Shown here one piece after another: positions 14,535-27,400 of a DNA stretch of 33,590 bases. This stretch comes from Thermoplasmatota archaeon (lineage in GTDB: Archaea > Thermoplasmatota > Thermoplasmata > UBA10834). Within the stretch, counting starts at the first letter, position 1. Every line of letters starts with the position of its first letter. The notes under the pieces were generated by a model. It saw only the letters and a program-made list of their open reading frames with translations. It searched no databases and was not told where the DNA came from. The translations under genes and the position numbers were made by a program. The DNA lies in NCBI GenBank assembly GCA_030836605.1, contig JAUPMC010000091.1, forward strand, positions 1 to 33,590, in the 5' to 3' direction.

Positions 14535-17320
14535 TGATATCGGGCGTTACGAAGAGGATATCCGCGATCAAGTTCGCGCAACTGTCGCCGGACGAGATAC
14601 GCAAGATGAGCGCCACGAAGATCATCACGGCGGACACGTACGACGATGACGGCTTCCCGATAGACATGGGCCTGATGGACCCGCACCTAGGCGTGATCGA
14701 GCCCGGGCTCAGGTGCAAGACCTGCGGCAAGAAGGTCGACGAGTGCCCGGGGCACTTCGGGCACATCGACCTCGCGATGCCCGTTATACACGTAGGTTAC
14801 GTCAAGGAGATCAAGAAGCTCCTGCAGTCCACCTGCCGCTCGTGCGGCAAGCTGCTGCTGACGGGCGAGCAGGCCGCGGAGTACCTCAAGCAGAGGGACA
14901 GGATGGAGGAGCTCGGCGGGGACACGCTCGACACAGCGACGGTCCACAAGGAGGCGGCCAAGGACGCGGCCTCGAGGACCACGTGCCCTCACTGCACCAC
15001 CGTCCAGCTGAAGATCACGCTCGACAAGCCGACGACCTTCAGGGAGGAGGGGCACAAGCTCACCCCGAAGGAGGTCAGGGAGCGGCTCGAGCGCATACCG
15101 AACGAGGACATGATCGCGCTCGGCATGGACCCGAACGTGTCCAGGCCAGAGTGGATGATCCTGACCGCCCTGCCGGTCCCGCCGGTGACGGTCAGGCCGT
15201 CCATCACCCTCGAGTCCGGGGACAGGTCCGAGGACGACGTGACGCACAAGCTCGTCGATGTCCTGAGGATCAACCAGAGGCTGAGGGAGAACAGGGACGC
15301 GGGCGCGCCCCAGCTCATAGTCGAGGACCTCTGGGAGCTGCTGCAGTACCACGTCACGACGTACTTCGACAACCAGACCTCGGGCATACCGCCCGCGAGG
15401 CACAGGTCCGGCAGGCCTTTGAAGACGCTGGTCCAGAGGCTGAAGGGCAAGGAGGGCAGGTTCAGGTCGAACCTGTCCGGAAAGAGGGTCAACTTCTCCG
15501 CGAGGACGGTGATATCCCCGGACCCGATGCTGTCGATCAACGAGGTCGGGGTCCCGGAGGCCGCCGCGAGGGAGCTGACTGTGCCGATAAGGGTCACCGA
15601 GAAGAACCTGGCAGTGGCCAGGGAGATGGCCTCGCGCGGGCCGGCCCCACCGGGACCGATATACAAGGCCGGCGTGAACTACGTCATCCGCTCGGACGGC
15701 CGCAGGATAAAGATCACGGACAAGAACGCGGCGACCGTCTCGGAGGGCGTAGAGGCCGGGTACATCGTCGAGAGGCACCTGATGGACGGCGACATAGTGC
15801 TGTTCAACAGGCAGCCGTCCCTGCACAGGATGTCCATCATGGCGCACGAGGTCAGGGTCATGCCACACAGGACCTTCAGGTTCAACCTGTGCGTGTGCCC
15901 GCCGTACAACGCTGACTTCGACGGCGACGAGATGAACCTCCACGTGCTCCAGAGCGAGGAGGCCAGGGCGGAGGCCAAGGTGCTGATGAGGGTCCAGGAG
16001 CACATCCTGAGCCCGAGGTTCGGCGGCCCGGTCATAGGCGGCATACACGACCACATCACGGGCGCGTTCCTGCTGACCCACGAGGACTCGAAGTTCACCA
16101 GGGAGGAGACCCTGAGGATCATGGAGAAGATCCCGCTGCTCGACATGCCCAAGGCGGGGACCAAGGTGGACGGGGTCGACTACTGGGGCGGGAAGCAACT
16201 GTTCAGCCTCATCCTGCCCAAGGACCTGCACATGACCTTCAAGTCGTCCATCTGCCAGAGGTGTGACGAGTGCAAGAAGGAGGCGTGCGAGCACGACTCG
16301 TTCGTGGTCATACGCGGCGGCGAGCTCATCGCGGGCACGATCGACGAGAAGGCCATCGGGGCGTTCAAGGGGCGCATACTGGACAAGCTGTCCAGGGACT
16401 ACGGCCCCGACACCGCGAGGCTCTTCATCGACAGGTCGACCAAGATGGCCATCGGGGCCATCATGGTCCGCGGCTTCACCACGGGCATTGACGACGAGGA
16501 CATCCCCGACCAGGCGAAGAGGGAGATAGACGACGCGATGACCCAGGCGAGGATGAAGGTCGAGGAGCACGTGTCCGCGTACAGGCGGGGCGAGCTCGAG
16601 CAGATGCCCGGCAGGTCCCTCGAGGAGACGCTCGAGGTCGAGATCATGAAGGTCCTGGGCAAGGCGAGGGACACCGCGGGACAGATCGCGGGCAGGCACC
16701 TCGGCATGGAGAACTCGGCGGTCATAATGGCCAGGTGCGGCGCGAGGGGCTCGATGCTGAACCTGTCGCAGATGGCCGGCGCCATCGGCCAGCAGGCCGT
16801 CAGGGGCGAGCGTCTGTCCAGGGGTTACTGGAACAGGACGCTCCCGCACTTCAAGAAGGGCGACCTCGGGTCCGAGGCGAGGGGGTTCATCAAGAACTCC
16901 TACAAGAGCGGCCTCACGCCGACGGAGTACTTCTTCCACTCGATGGGTGGCAGGGAGGGGCTCGTCGATACCGCGGTCAGGACTTCCAGGTCCGGGTACA
17001 TGCAGAGGAGGCTCATCAACGCCCTGGAGGACCTCAAGGTCATGCAGGACGGCTCGGTCAGGAACACCGCGGGGACCATCATACAGCTCGAGTACGGCGA
17101 GGACGGCATCGACCCGACCAGGAGCGTCCAGGGCGAGGCCGTGGACGTCGACGACATCATACTCAGCGTCCTCGGGGACAAGGGCGAGCTCATAGCGAAG
17201 GTCCGCGAGAAGGGCGTCGTGAGCTACGGCATCCAGGACAGGGACCTGCTCGAGACGCCAGAGGAGCCGGAGGCGGAAGAGGAGCCTGAGTTCGACGCCA
17301 GCGGCGGAGAGGAGGGATGA
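14531..17320 (+). CDS. rpoA1: DNA-directed RNA polymerase subunit A' (Rpo1N)
   Basis: ATG 14531 overlaps the rpoB stop (ATGA). Motifs: [24 protein letters not shown], Zn site [42 protein letters not shown] (the catalytic NADFDGD), and RQPSLHRMS. The track ORF's extra 60 codons upstream lie inside rpoB. Confidence 0.97.
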   Translation: MMISGVTKRISAIKFAQLSPDEIRKMSATKIITADTYDDDGFPIDMGLMDPHLGVIEPGLRCKTCGKKVDECPGHFGHIDLAMPVIHVGYVKEIKKLLQSTCRSCGKLLLTGEQAAEYLKQRDRMEELGGDTLDTATVHKEAAKDAASRTTCPHCTTVQLKITLDKPTTFREEGHKLTPKEVRERLERIPNEDMIALGMDPNVSRPEWMILTALPVPPVTVRPSITLESGDRSEDDVTHKLVDVLRINQRLRENRDAGAPQLIVEDLWELLQYHVTTYFDNQTSGIPPARHRSGRPLKTLVQRLKGKEGRFRSNLSGKRVNFSARTVISPDPMLSINEVGVPEAAARELTVPIRVTEKNLAVAREMASRGPAPPGPIYKAGVNYVIRSDGRRIKITDKNAATVSEGVEAGYIVERHLMDGDIVLFNRQPSLHRMSIMAHEVRVMPHRTFRFNLCVCPPYNADFDGDEMNLHVLQSEEARAEAKVLMRVQEHILSPRFGGPVIGGIHDHITGAFLLTHEDSKFTREETLRIMEKIPLLDMPKAGTKVDGVDYWGGKQLFSLILPKDLHMTFKSSICQRCDECKKEACEHDSFVVIRGGELIAGTIDEKAIGAFKGRILDKLSRDYGPDTARLFIDRSTKMAIGAIMVRGFTTGIDDEDIPDQAKREIDDAMTQARMKVEEHVSAYRRGELEQMPGRSLEETLEVEIMKVLGKARDTAGQIAGRHLGMENSAVIMARCGARGSMLNLSQMAGAIGQQAVRGERLSRGYWNRTLPHFKKGDLGSEARGFIKNSYKSGLTPTEYFFHSMGGREGLVDTAVRTSRSGYMQRRLINALEDLKVMQDGSVRNTAGTIIQLEYGEDGIDPTRSVQGEAVDVDDIILSVLGDKGELIAKVREKGVVSYGIQDRDLLETPEEPEAEEEPEFDASGGEEG

Positions 17321-18763
<1,443 letters not shown>

Positions 18764-18765
18764 GC

Positions 18766-19041
18766 ATGGACATCGCGAGAGCGCTCAAGACAGCGGCCAC
18801 ATCCGGTGACGTCAGGTTCGGGCTGACGGAGACCAGGAAGTCCGTGAAGAACCGCGAGGCGAAGATGGTCGTCCTCGCGAGCAACTGCCCGGGCAGGGAG
18901 GGTTTCGAGGACATGCAGGGGATAAAGCTGCTGGCCTACCCCGGGACGAACGTCGAGCTTGGGGCCGCGTGCGGGAAGCCGTTCCCGATAGCCGCGCTGG
19001 CCATCGTGAGCCCAGGGGAGTCGAACATACTCTCGGCATGA
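18766..19041 (+). CDS. rpl30e: 50S ribosomal protein L30e
   Basis: ATG 18766 is 2 nt after the rpoA2 stop. The sequence MDIARALKTAATSGDVRFGLTETRKSVKNREAKMVVLASNCP...GTNVELGAACGKPFPIAALAIV matches the L30e/L7Ae-fold pattern. It occupies the canonical position after rpoA2. Confidence 0.9.
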   Translation: MDIARALKTAATSGDVRFGLTETRKSVKNREAKMVVLASNCPGREGFEDMQGIKLLAYPGTNVELGAACGKPFPIAALAIVSPGESNILSA

Positions 19042-19481
19042 AGGATCTGGTTCCAATGGGCGAAATCACCCTTACGGGGGACACCCTCCGGTACATCTCT
19101 TTGTTCGAGAAGATCACGGGCACGCAGGTCAAGGACTGCCTCGAGACCGAGGAGAAGCTCGTGTTCGTCGTCGAGAAGAACCAGGGCTCCAGGGCCGTCG
19201 GCAAGAAGGGCGAGAACGTCATCCGCCTGTGCAACCTCACGGGGAAGAACATACACGTCATCGAGTACTCGGACGACCCCGAGACCTTCGTCAAGAACGT
19301 CTTCCACACCTACAGCGTCCAGTCCGTGACCATCGAGGACCGCGGGACCATCAGGCACGCGACCGTGACCGTGGACCCGAAGGTGAAGGGGAAGGCCATA
19401 GGCAAGAACGGCCGGAACCTGAGGATAGCCCGGGAGATAGTGAGCAGGCACCACAACATACAGAGCATCAGCGTCGCCTGA
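19038..19481 (+). CDS. nusA: Archaeal NusA-like transcription termination/antitermination protein (two KH domains)
   Basis: ATG 19038 overlaps the L30e stop (ATGA). KH GxxG motifs are AVGKKGENV and AIGKNGRNL. The protein is 147 aa and sits in the canonical position. Confidence 0.9.
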   Translation: MKDLVPMGEITLTGDTLRYISLFEKITGTQVKDCLETEEKLVFVVEKNQGSRAVGKKGENVIRLCNLTGKNIHVIEYSDDPETFVKNVFHTYSVQSVTIEDRGTIRHATVTVDPKVKGKAIGKNGRNLRIAREIVSRHHNIQSISVA

Positions 19482-20547
19482 GCGGCTCCCGCTCCACCTC
19501 GAGCCTGTCAGCGGTCGGGTACTCCTCGACCATGAAAGACGGCAGCGCGAGCTCCGGGGCCAGTTCCTCAAGGACCCATGGGGCGACCTCGAGCCTGTGC
19601 TTCTCCTCATCGACCCACATCAGCTTCGCGGGCACCGCGAAGTCGCGGGCCAGGGCGCGCGCGGTCCCTTCAGGGTCCTTCGTCTCGATGACCCCTTTCA
19701 GCAGCGTGCCGTCGTCCGTGAGTATCTCATGCGGCCTGCGGACGTTGCGCGCCCGCCTCTCGATCCTCTCCCTCAGCTGCACGCCGTCCTTGAACGACGA
19801 CGAGCAGTAGTGGAGGGGCGTCCCGGCGCCGGACCTCAGGACGCCCATCGCGAGCTCCTCGCTCCCGGCGACCGCGGAGGAGACGTCGTCCTTGACGTCG
19901 AACCCCTGGGCCCTGAGGGCCTTCCAGTTGGTCTCGGAGAACTCGAGCTCGTTCAGGTTGACGAAGTCGAGGCCGAGCGCCTCCGCGGACCTGACCAGCG
20001 CGAGCGTCTCCCTGTCGCGTCCCGGGACCACGGGGACCTCGAGCCCGGCGGCCATCCCCATCCTCTTCGAGAGCTTGAGCGCGTCCGCGAACTCCGTCCT
20101 CTCCAGCCTGGTCCAGAGCCCGAGCGGAGGATGGAACCGTATCTCGTCCAGGCCGGCCCTGGCGACCCTGCCTATCCTCCTTCCGTCTGTCGTCGATGTG
20201 TAGAGATGTATGTGATGGTCCTCGCCGAAGCGCTTCTTGAGCGCCCGGATGGACTCCGCGGTCCTCTGGACTGCGATCAACGGGTCCCCGCCCGTGATGC
20301 CCGTCCCGAGGGCGTCCATGAGTGTCGCCTCCTCGAGAGCCTCACCGACAGCCCCTATCCTCCTCTCGTTCGCGTAGAAGACGTCCTTGCCCTTCTTCTT
20401 CGTGGATAGGGGGCAGTACCCGCACCTCCTCGCGCACTTCCCCGTGACGAGGAGGACCATCTTCGCCCCCTTCTCGCACAGGACGCACCCTTCCGGGAGC
20501 GCGCCCGTGTACGCCGACCCCTTCTTCATCCGCCGGATTCTTCCCAC
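19468..20547 (-). CDS. Radical SAM protein (COG2108-like, related to pyruvate formate-lyase activating enzymes)
   Basis: The C-x3-C-x2-C motif is GKCARRCGYCP, and the protein has a TIM-barrel-like length. The alternative start MKKGSAYTG (20529) is possible. Confidence 0.8.
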   Translation of the reverse strand: MGRIRRMKKGSAYTGALPEGCVLCEKGAKMVLLVTGKCARRCGYCPLSTKKKGKDVFYANERRIGAVGEALEEATLMDALGTGITGGDPLIAVQRTAESIRALKKRFGEDHHIHLYTSTTDGRRIGRVARAGLDEIRFHPPLGLWTRLERTEFADALKLSKRMGMAAGLEVPVVPGRDRETLALVRSAEALGLDFVNLNELEFSETNWKALRAQGFDVKDDVSSAVAGSEELAMGVLRSGAGTPLHYCSSSFKDGVQLRERIERRARNVRRPHEILTDDGTLLKGVIETKDPEGTARALARDFAVPAKLMWVDEEKHRLEVAPWVLEELAPELALPSFMVEEYPTADRLEVEREPLRRR

Positions 20548-20624
20548 GGCCTCTCGTATGCGTTCGAGGTTATTGAAATCATACGGACGGAAGGATTAAC
20601 CGGGCGCCCGCGGATTCACCCGCC

Positions 20625-21272
20625 ATGAAGATGGAGAAGAACACCCGGATCATCCTGGCGCTCGATGTCACGACCAAGGACGACGCCCTGCGAGTCGTCC
20701 GAGCGGTCAAGGACCACGTGGACGCGATCAAGATCAACTGGCCCCTGATACTGGGGGCCGGCCCGGAGATCATCACGGACCTGTCGAAGGTCAAACACGT
20801 GATATGCGACCTGAAGGTCGCAGACATCCCGAACACGAACAGGCTCATCGTGGAGCAGGCGATGGCGCGGGGTGCCTCGGCCATAATCTGCCACGGGTTC
20901 ACCGGGGACGACTCGGTCAAGGCCTGCGTGGACGCAGCCAAAGGCCAGATATTCGTGGTCACGGAGATGAGCCACCCCGGCGGGAAGCAGTTCACGGCGC
21001 CCCTGGCGGACAAGCTCGCGGCGATAGCCAAGAGCGCGGGCGCGCGCGGGATAGTGGCCCCGGCGACGAGGCCCGAGAGGATAGCCGACCTCAGGAGGAC
21101 GATCGGGGACCTGGAGATAATCAGCCCCGGCGTGGGCGCCCAAGGGGGCAGGGCCTCTGACGCGCTGAAGGCGGGCGCGGACTACATAATCGTGGGCAGG
21201 GCGATCTACGACGCCCCCGACCCCGGCGCCGCCGCCCGGAAGTTCGCCGAGGAGACCGCTTCCGTGCACTGA
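20625..21272 (+). CDS. pyrF: Orotidine 5'-phosphate decarboxylase
   Basis: Motifs: IILALDV, DAIKINWPL, ICDLKVADIPNT (the DxKxxDI motif), and the C-terminal IIVGRAIY. Confidence 0.9.
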   Translation: MKMEKNTRIILALDVTTKDDALRVVRAVKDHVDAIKINWPLILGAGPEIITDLSKVKHVICDLKVADIPNTNRLIVEQAMARGASAIICHGFTGDDSVKACVDAAKGQIFVVTEMSHPGGKQFTAPLADKLAAIAKSAGARGIVAPATRPERIADLRRTIGDLEIISPGVGAQGGRASDALKAGADYIIVGRAIYDAPDPGAAARKFAEETASVH

Positions 21273-21345
21273 CGGCGCCGACGCCGCCGGGGGCCGGCAG
21301 GTCAGTGCGAACGTGTCGCATGCCAGATGCCCGTTTTTCGGACAC

Positions 21346-21362
21346 CACGTCCGTAGGACGTG
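21346..21362. promoter_or_regulatory. Perfect 7-3-7 palindrome (CACGTCC-GTA-GGACGTG) just upstream of the aglB TATA box; candidate operator
   Basis: The palindrome was read directly at 21346-21362. It lies 10 nt upstream of TATATATA (21373-21380) and 8 nt downstream of the T5 run (21334-21338) that probably terminates pyrF. Confidence 0.3.
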
Positions 21363-21371
21363 ACCCCTAAC

Positions 21372-21390
21372 GTATATATAGCACCCCAGG
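21372..21390 (+). promoter_or_regulatory. TATA box / promoter of the aglB-CARDB operon
   Basis: The sequence cGTATATATAGCACCCCAGGC is centred about 40 nt upstream of GTG 21416. It shares TATAGCACCCYAGGC with the promoter at 9775-9795. Confidence 0.4.
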
Positions 21391-21415
21391 CATCGGTGGG
21401 CTACTATCGCACTAG

Positions 21416-24400
21416 GTGGAGTTGTCGTTGGCCGAAGCAAGGGATAGTCCTGCTAGGTCCTTTGTGCCCAAGCTTTTGAGGGGGGGCGAGGGACCGAGCG
21501 AGTTGGGCAAGTGGATGAGGGCGAACGGGTCGGCATTGCTCATGCTGACCTTCATGTTCCTGCTTGCGCTGTTCATACGGTCGTACTTCGCTTATGAGAT
21601 GTCCGCCGAGAACGACTACTTGGTCTCGGGCGGGTCCGACTCGTATTATTGGCGCAGGATCATCGACTTCCACGTAGATACTGGCGAGAGCCTGTTCTGG
21701 GACCCGCTGCTCAACTATCCGGACAGCCTCATCAACCCGAGGCCGCCGTTCTTCAGCATGTCCGTGGCCGTGCCAGCCGTGCTGTTGGAGGGCCTGTTCG
21801 AGTCGGTGGACGACTCGGTCGGGTTCTTCTTCGTGTGGTCGACGGCCTTCTGGGGCGCCCTGACTGTCGTGCCGGTGTACTTCCTGGGCAAGGAGGCGTT
21901 CGGCCGCAGGGTCGGCCTGGCGGCCGCGCTGTTCTTCGCCATAATCCCGGCGCACGTGCAGCGCAGCGTACTGTCGAACGCGGACCACGACGCGATCATC
22001 CTGTTCCTCATAGTCACGATATTCTACTTCCTCCTGAAGTCCATCAGGCTCCAGGAGCACAAGAAGTGGGTCGAGAAGTGGAGCTGGAAGGAGCGGAAGG
22101 CCGTCGCCGCTGGCCTCAAGGGCTACTTCGCCGGCAGCCGCACGCCCATGCTGTACGCGCTGATGGCGGGCACGGCCTACGCCGCGCTCATGATGACGTG
22201 GGTCGGTTTCGCGTATGTCACGGTCATCATACTGGTCTACTACATCGTGCAGCTGTTCATCAACATGTTCCGGTACCAGGACTCGATGAGCATCACCATG
22301 ATCATGCTCGTCATGTTCGGCTTCGGAAGCCTGATGGCGTTCCCCTACTACGCGAACTACAGCCTCACGTTCGGAGGGGTCGACTCCTTCTTCGACGACA
22401 GGTTCCTAGTACCGCTGTACCTCACCCTGGGTGGCCTGTTCTTCGGGTCCATGTTCGTGGTCACGAGGGACTACCCGTGGACGATATCCATCCCGGCTAT
22501 TGCAGGCGTGTCCTGCGCGGTCGTCGGGGCCCTGTCGCTCTTCTACCCGTGGCTCATCGAGTCAGTCATCAGCGGCCAGGGGTATTTCAGCTCGAGCAAG
22601 CTGTACTCCACGATCGCGGAGGCGCGGGCGCCTCAGTTCTCTGAGCTCGCCCTGTCCTTCGGCATGGTCACGTTCTTCATGTCCCTGGCGGGGCTCATTT
22701 ACGCGATGGTGCGGATACCGAAGCGGACGGGCGCCGAGTACATCTTCATGGTCGTCTGGCTCGCGGTGTCCATTTTCATGGCGATATCCGCCGGCAGGTT
22801 CATGTTCAACGCCGCGCCGGCGTTCGCGATATCGGCCGCGTGGGTGTTCGTCATCATAATCGACGGACTCGACTTCAACAGCGTCCGGAGGGCCATGGCC
22901 GGCGCGAGCGGGTCCGTGTTCGCGGTCTTCCGCAAGAGCGTGAAGATACGGCACATCGTGGGCGTCCTGTTCCTAGGGTTCCTGGTGCTGCTGCCCAACG
23001 TCTGGTACAGCGTCGACGCGGGCATACCCTCCGAGACGAAGAGGAGCTACGACAAGGACATCTACTTCACCATGCCGAGCTTCATGCGGCCCGGTGATTA
23101 CGACGAGTTCAACGGGTCCAACTGGTACCTCGGCGCGTTCGGCTACTCGCTGCCGCTGCCATCGTATTACTATCCCGCGGCCTGGGACTGGTTCGCGGAA
23201 CAGGATTCGGATGTGTACCCGGTCAGTTCCAGGCCCGCGTACGTGGCCTGGTGGGACTACGGGTTCGAGGCCATCGCCGAGGGCGAGCACCCGACCGTGG
23301 CGGACAACTTCCAGAACGGTTATCAGTTCACAGGGAACGTCATAATGGCCCAGAGCGAGGAGGACGCGATCGCGTTGTTCACGTACCGTCTGGTCCAGAC
23401 CAGCCTCGGGTTGGGCGGCGAGACGGAGTCCAACGTCATGGCCCTCATGGACGCGTACGGTGTCGACACAGAGCGCGTGTATGAGATCGTCAACGGGGAC
23501 GGTCAGCCGATCATCGACGAGGTGCTCTCCGACCCGGATGTCTACGGGCCGATGTCCTCTGACCTGACGGCGCCCAACGCAAGGATAGTCGCTGGCAGGG
23601 TCGAGCTCGCAAAGGTCGGCATCGACTCCCTCGTGGGGATGTACGACGCCATATGCGACATCACCGGCCTTGAGATAAGGTACTTCAACGTGGACTCGAG
23701 GATGTTCCCGATCTCGGCCTACAGCACTGGGATATTCTACGCCCCGGCGAAGCTCTCCGACAGGCGCCTGGACGGGTCGACCCCGACCGACTTCTTCAGG
23801 GTCGTGGCCGTCGACGCGAACGACATCCAGTACGAGCTGGACGAGCTGACGTCGGACATGAACATCGTCTCGTACGAGATAATCTACGAGGACATGTTCT
23901 ACGACAGCATGTTCTACAGGGCGGTAGCCGGCGTGAGCGGGTCCGACCTGGGCACGACCAACGGCGGTCTCCCGGGCGTGTCCGGCTCTGTCCAGAAGGT
24001 CAGCGCCATGCCCGCTTGGAACCTGACGCACTTCAAGGTCGTCTACAGGACGGCCTACTACAACCCGTACCCGTACGCCGAGGTGTCGCTCCACTCCGAC
24101 GAGTGGCGCGCGATCAGCTACGCCGAGGCGCTCGAGCTCAACACGAAGATAAACAGCGGGGAGGCCACCGGCGTGGTCGACTACAGCGCGAGCTCGCTGT
24201 ACCAGAGCGGCACGGTCTTCCTCAAGTACTATCACGGGGCGTATGTCAACGGCACCGTCACGACAGAGAACGGCTTCCCGGCCGGAGGTCTGTGGGTCAC
24301 CGTGCAGGACGAGTACGGCATACCCCATCAGCAGGTGAAGACCGATGCGGAGGGCAAGTACCACATCCTCGCCCCGTTCGGCAATGTCACCATCGTCATA

Positions 24401-27400
24401 TCCGACGGCGACGCCCTGAACCAGGCCCTTGTGGGCAAGAACGTCGTCACGAGGATCAAGTTCAACGTCACGGACGACCAGGCGATGAGGGTCAAGCAGG
24501 ACCTCGACGCCGACGGCGTCTTGGACTACATCATCACCAAGGACTATGTGATGACGGACTCCAGCATATTCGGCGACTTGTACTGGGACAACGACTATGA
24601 GGGCAACTTCACCGTCGAGACGGACGACCTGATCACGGAGGGCACCGTATACGCGGTGGACACTTCGTCGGGCATAACGTACGAGTTCGACGGGACGGGC
24701 GGGTCATTCTCGGGTCCCATCCCCCCTGGCCAGTACGATGTATACGCGCTCGCGCTCGGCGCGAACACGACGATCGGCGAGGCCGTCAACATCAGCTCCG
24801 GCTCGGAGGTCCAACTGGACCTCGCGGTGCAGCCGGCCGCGCTGTCGGGATACATACTCAACCCGGACAACTCTCCCGCAATCGGGATAGAGGTCGTCAT
24901 GGACGATGCCTGGTCTGACGTGGTGTTCACGGCCTACAGCGAGTATGACGGCGGTTACCAGTTCGACCAGATCCTCCCCGGCGACTACGTGTTGACGACG
25001 ACCGAGGAGGGCAAGATGCTCTTCGGCGCCACCATAGGCGTCGACCCTGGGGACAATGTGCAGAGGAACTTCACGCTCTGGAACAAGTGCTCGGTCGACA
25101 TCAGGGTGACTGTCGACGGTGTGCCGGCCGCATACTCCGCGTACGAGGTCAGGGACGACTTCGGCATGGACGAGGTCGTCTCGGGCATAACGGACAAGTA
25201 CGGCTGGGTGAGGGAGGACATCCCGAGTGGCGTGTACACGCTCCACGCGGTGTACTCCAGCGGCTCGGGCATATGGTCCGGCCAGATGCCACTCGACCTC
25301 TCCGACGCGACCCAGCTGTCGGGCACGCTCGCGGTCCGCGAGGCGTACAGCGTCTCGGGCACGTTGAAGTCCCAGGACTCCTCCGTGGTCGGGTCCGAGT
25401 ACGTGACGTTCATATCCGAGTCCGGGGCGCGCGTGAGCGCGGTGACGGACGCTGCTGGCGCGTTCAAGGTCCTTTTGCCCCAGGGCGAGTACGACGTCGT
25501 CGCGGTGTCAGTGTCCGAGTCGGGCGTTTACGGGTCTCACATATCCGTCAATGGTGACAGGACTGGCTACGCGATCACGATGTCCGAGGGCGTCAAGATG
25601 TCAGGATACCTGTACAAGGACGCTAACGGCGACCTGGTGGCCTCCACGGACGAGAGGGCCAGGTACGCGAACATACGCGTGACCGATTCCGACGGAGTCG
25701 TCTACACATCGAAGTCAGGGTCCACATCGTGGTTCTCGCTGGTCCTCCCGGAGGGAGAGACTGTCACATTGTCCTTATCAGAGTCAGGTTACACCTCGTG
25801 GTCGTCGGAGGTACAGCACGGTGGCGATGTCCTCGCGGCCGACCTGTTGGTGCCAGCGGACGATGTCGAGGTCGCGGGCTTCCTGACATCCGGCGGCTCA
25901 GGGGTCAGCGGCGTGACCATATCATTCATACCGGACAACAGCGCCCTGGAGACAGTCGAGGCCGTTTCCGGCGCCTACGGCAGCTACTCGGTCGAGCTGG
26001 TGCCGTCCACTTACACGGTCAAGGTGGACCAGGAACTCGAGAACACGCCTGGCGCATGGTACCAGAGCGAGTCCTCCCTGGTCGTGGCCCCGAGCGGCTC
26101 CGTGCAGCCGCTGGACATAGAGTCGGTCCTCAGGATGTTCGTGCAGGGCGTGGTCCTTGGCGCGGCCGGGGACATCGAGCTGAAGTTCTCCGGCCCAGAG
26201 CAGGTGCCCCTGGACCTGGGCTCGTCGTTGACATACTCAGTGTATCTCATGCCGGGCACGTACTCGGTCTACGCGACGGGGATGACGGGCCCGGTCCCGT
26301 ACGCAGCCCTGGAGCAGATCGAGGTGTCCCCGACCAGCGCCGAGCACGACATACAGCTCGAGCGCGCCTACAGGCTGTCAGGGTACATCAGCGTCGACGG
26401 GTCGACGCCGGATGACCCAGTCACGGTCATCGTGACCTCGGACGAGGGCGTCCAGATGATGAACACGTCGATGAGGTCCGGATACTACAACATGGTCCTG
26501 CCCAGAGGGGACTACGCAGTGATGTTCCTGCTCGAGGGCGTCGAGAACGACGCCGACGGCGGCAGGTATGTCGAGTACTGGAGCGAGGCGATGGTCACGA
26601 TAGGCTCGGACGACGTGACGGCCGACCAGGCCCTCAGCACGCGCCTCGACAACGCGACCGTGGAAGGCACGGTCGTGGACGAGGATGGCGACCCCATCAC
26701 GGCCATCGTCGAGATGTTCCCGAACGGCGACTACGGGATGTACGCTTCGTTCCTCACCAGCTCATCGGGCGAGTTCTCCGCCGAAGTCCAGCCGGGCGAC
26801 TACACGGTGTATGTGACGCGCTCGGTGGACATGCGCGTGTCCGTGTCCGGCCTGGAAGTGGTCCGGAACTCGGGCGCGTCCTCGGACATACAGCTGTCCG
26901 TGGGCCAGTACCTGGAGGGTCGGCTGACGGTCGCTGGCGCCCCGAGCACAGAGACGGTCACCGCCTCCGGCGCCGACGGCACCGTGCTGACGGTCATCCC
27001 GTCCATCGACGGCTACTTCCAGTTCCTCCTACCCTCTGGGAACCACACAGTCGCGGCGAGCGCGGTCAGGTCAGAGGGCGGGCTCGATGTCTCTTACAGT
27101 CTGAGCAAGACTGTCTCTCTCGGCGGGAGCAGCGTGTATGTCGACTTCACGCTCCTCAGGGACACGAGGCGATATGTCGAGGCGACCTGGGACGAGACCC
27201 GGGCGGTCACTCTGGTCCCTGGCCAGACCGTGAGCTACGTCATAGCGATCGAGAACACCGGCAACATAGCCGACACTTACAAACTGACATACACGGGCAC
27301 CGACTTCGAGGAGGTGTTCGAGCCGAGCGAGGTCTGGATAGACTTCGGGACGAACGGCAACACGGCCTATGTCGTCGCTGACCTCACGGTCACCGACACG

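Noticed and set aside
19482-20547. Absence of rps12/rps7/fusA after nusA, as a possible rearrangement or island boundary
   Set aside because: The rpo cluster is simply followed by a convergent housekeeping-like radical SAM gene. There are no mobile-element signatures, and gene-order variation of this kind is common among archaea.
22973-24364. A 463-aa minus-strand ORF inside aglB, and similar ORFs at 13179..14375, 12354..13151, 27898..28842, 32518..33585 and 20616..21440
   Set aside because: All are antisense or shadow frames of motif-supported genes and lack recognisable domains. Their R/P/G/D/H-rich composition is typical of GC-rich off-frames.
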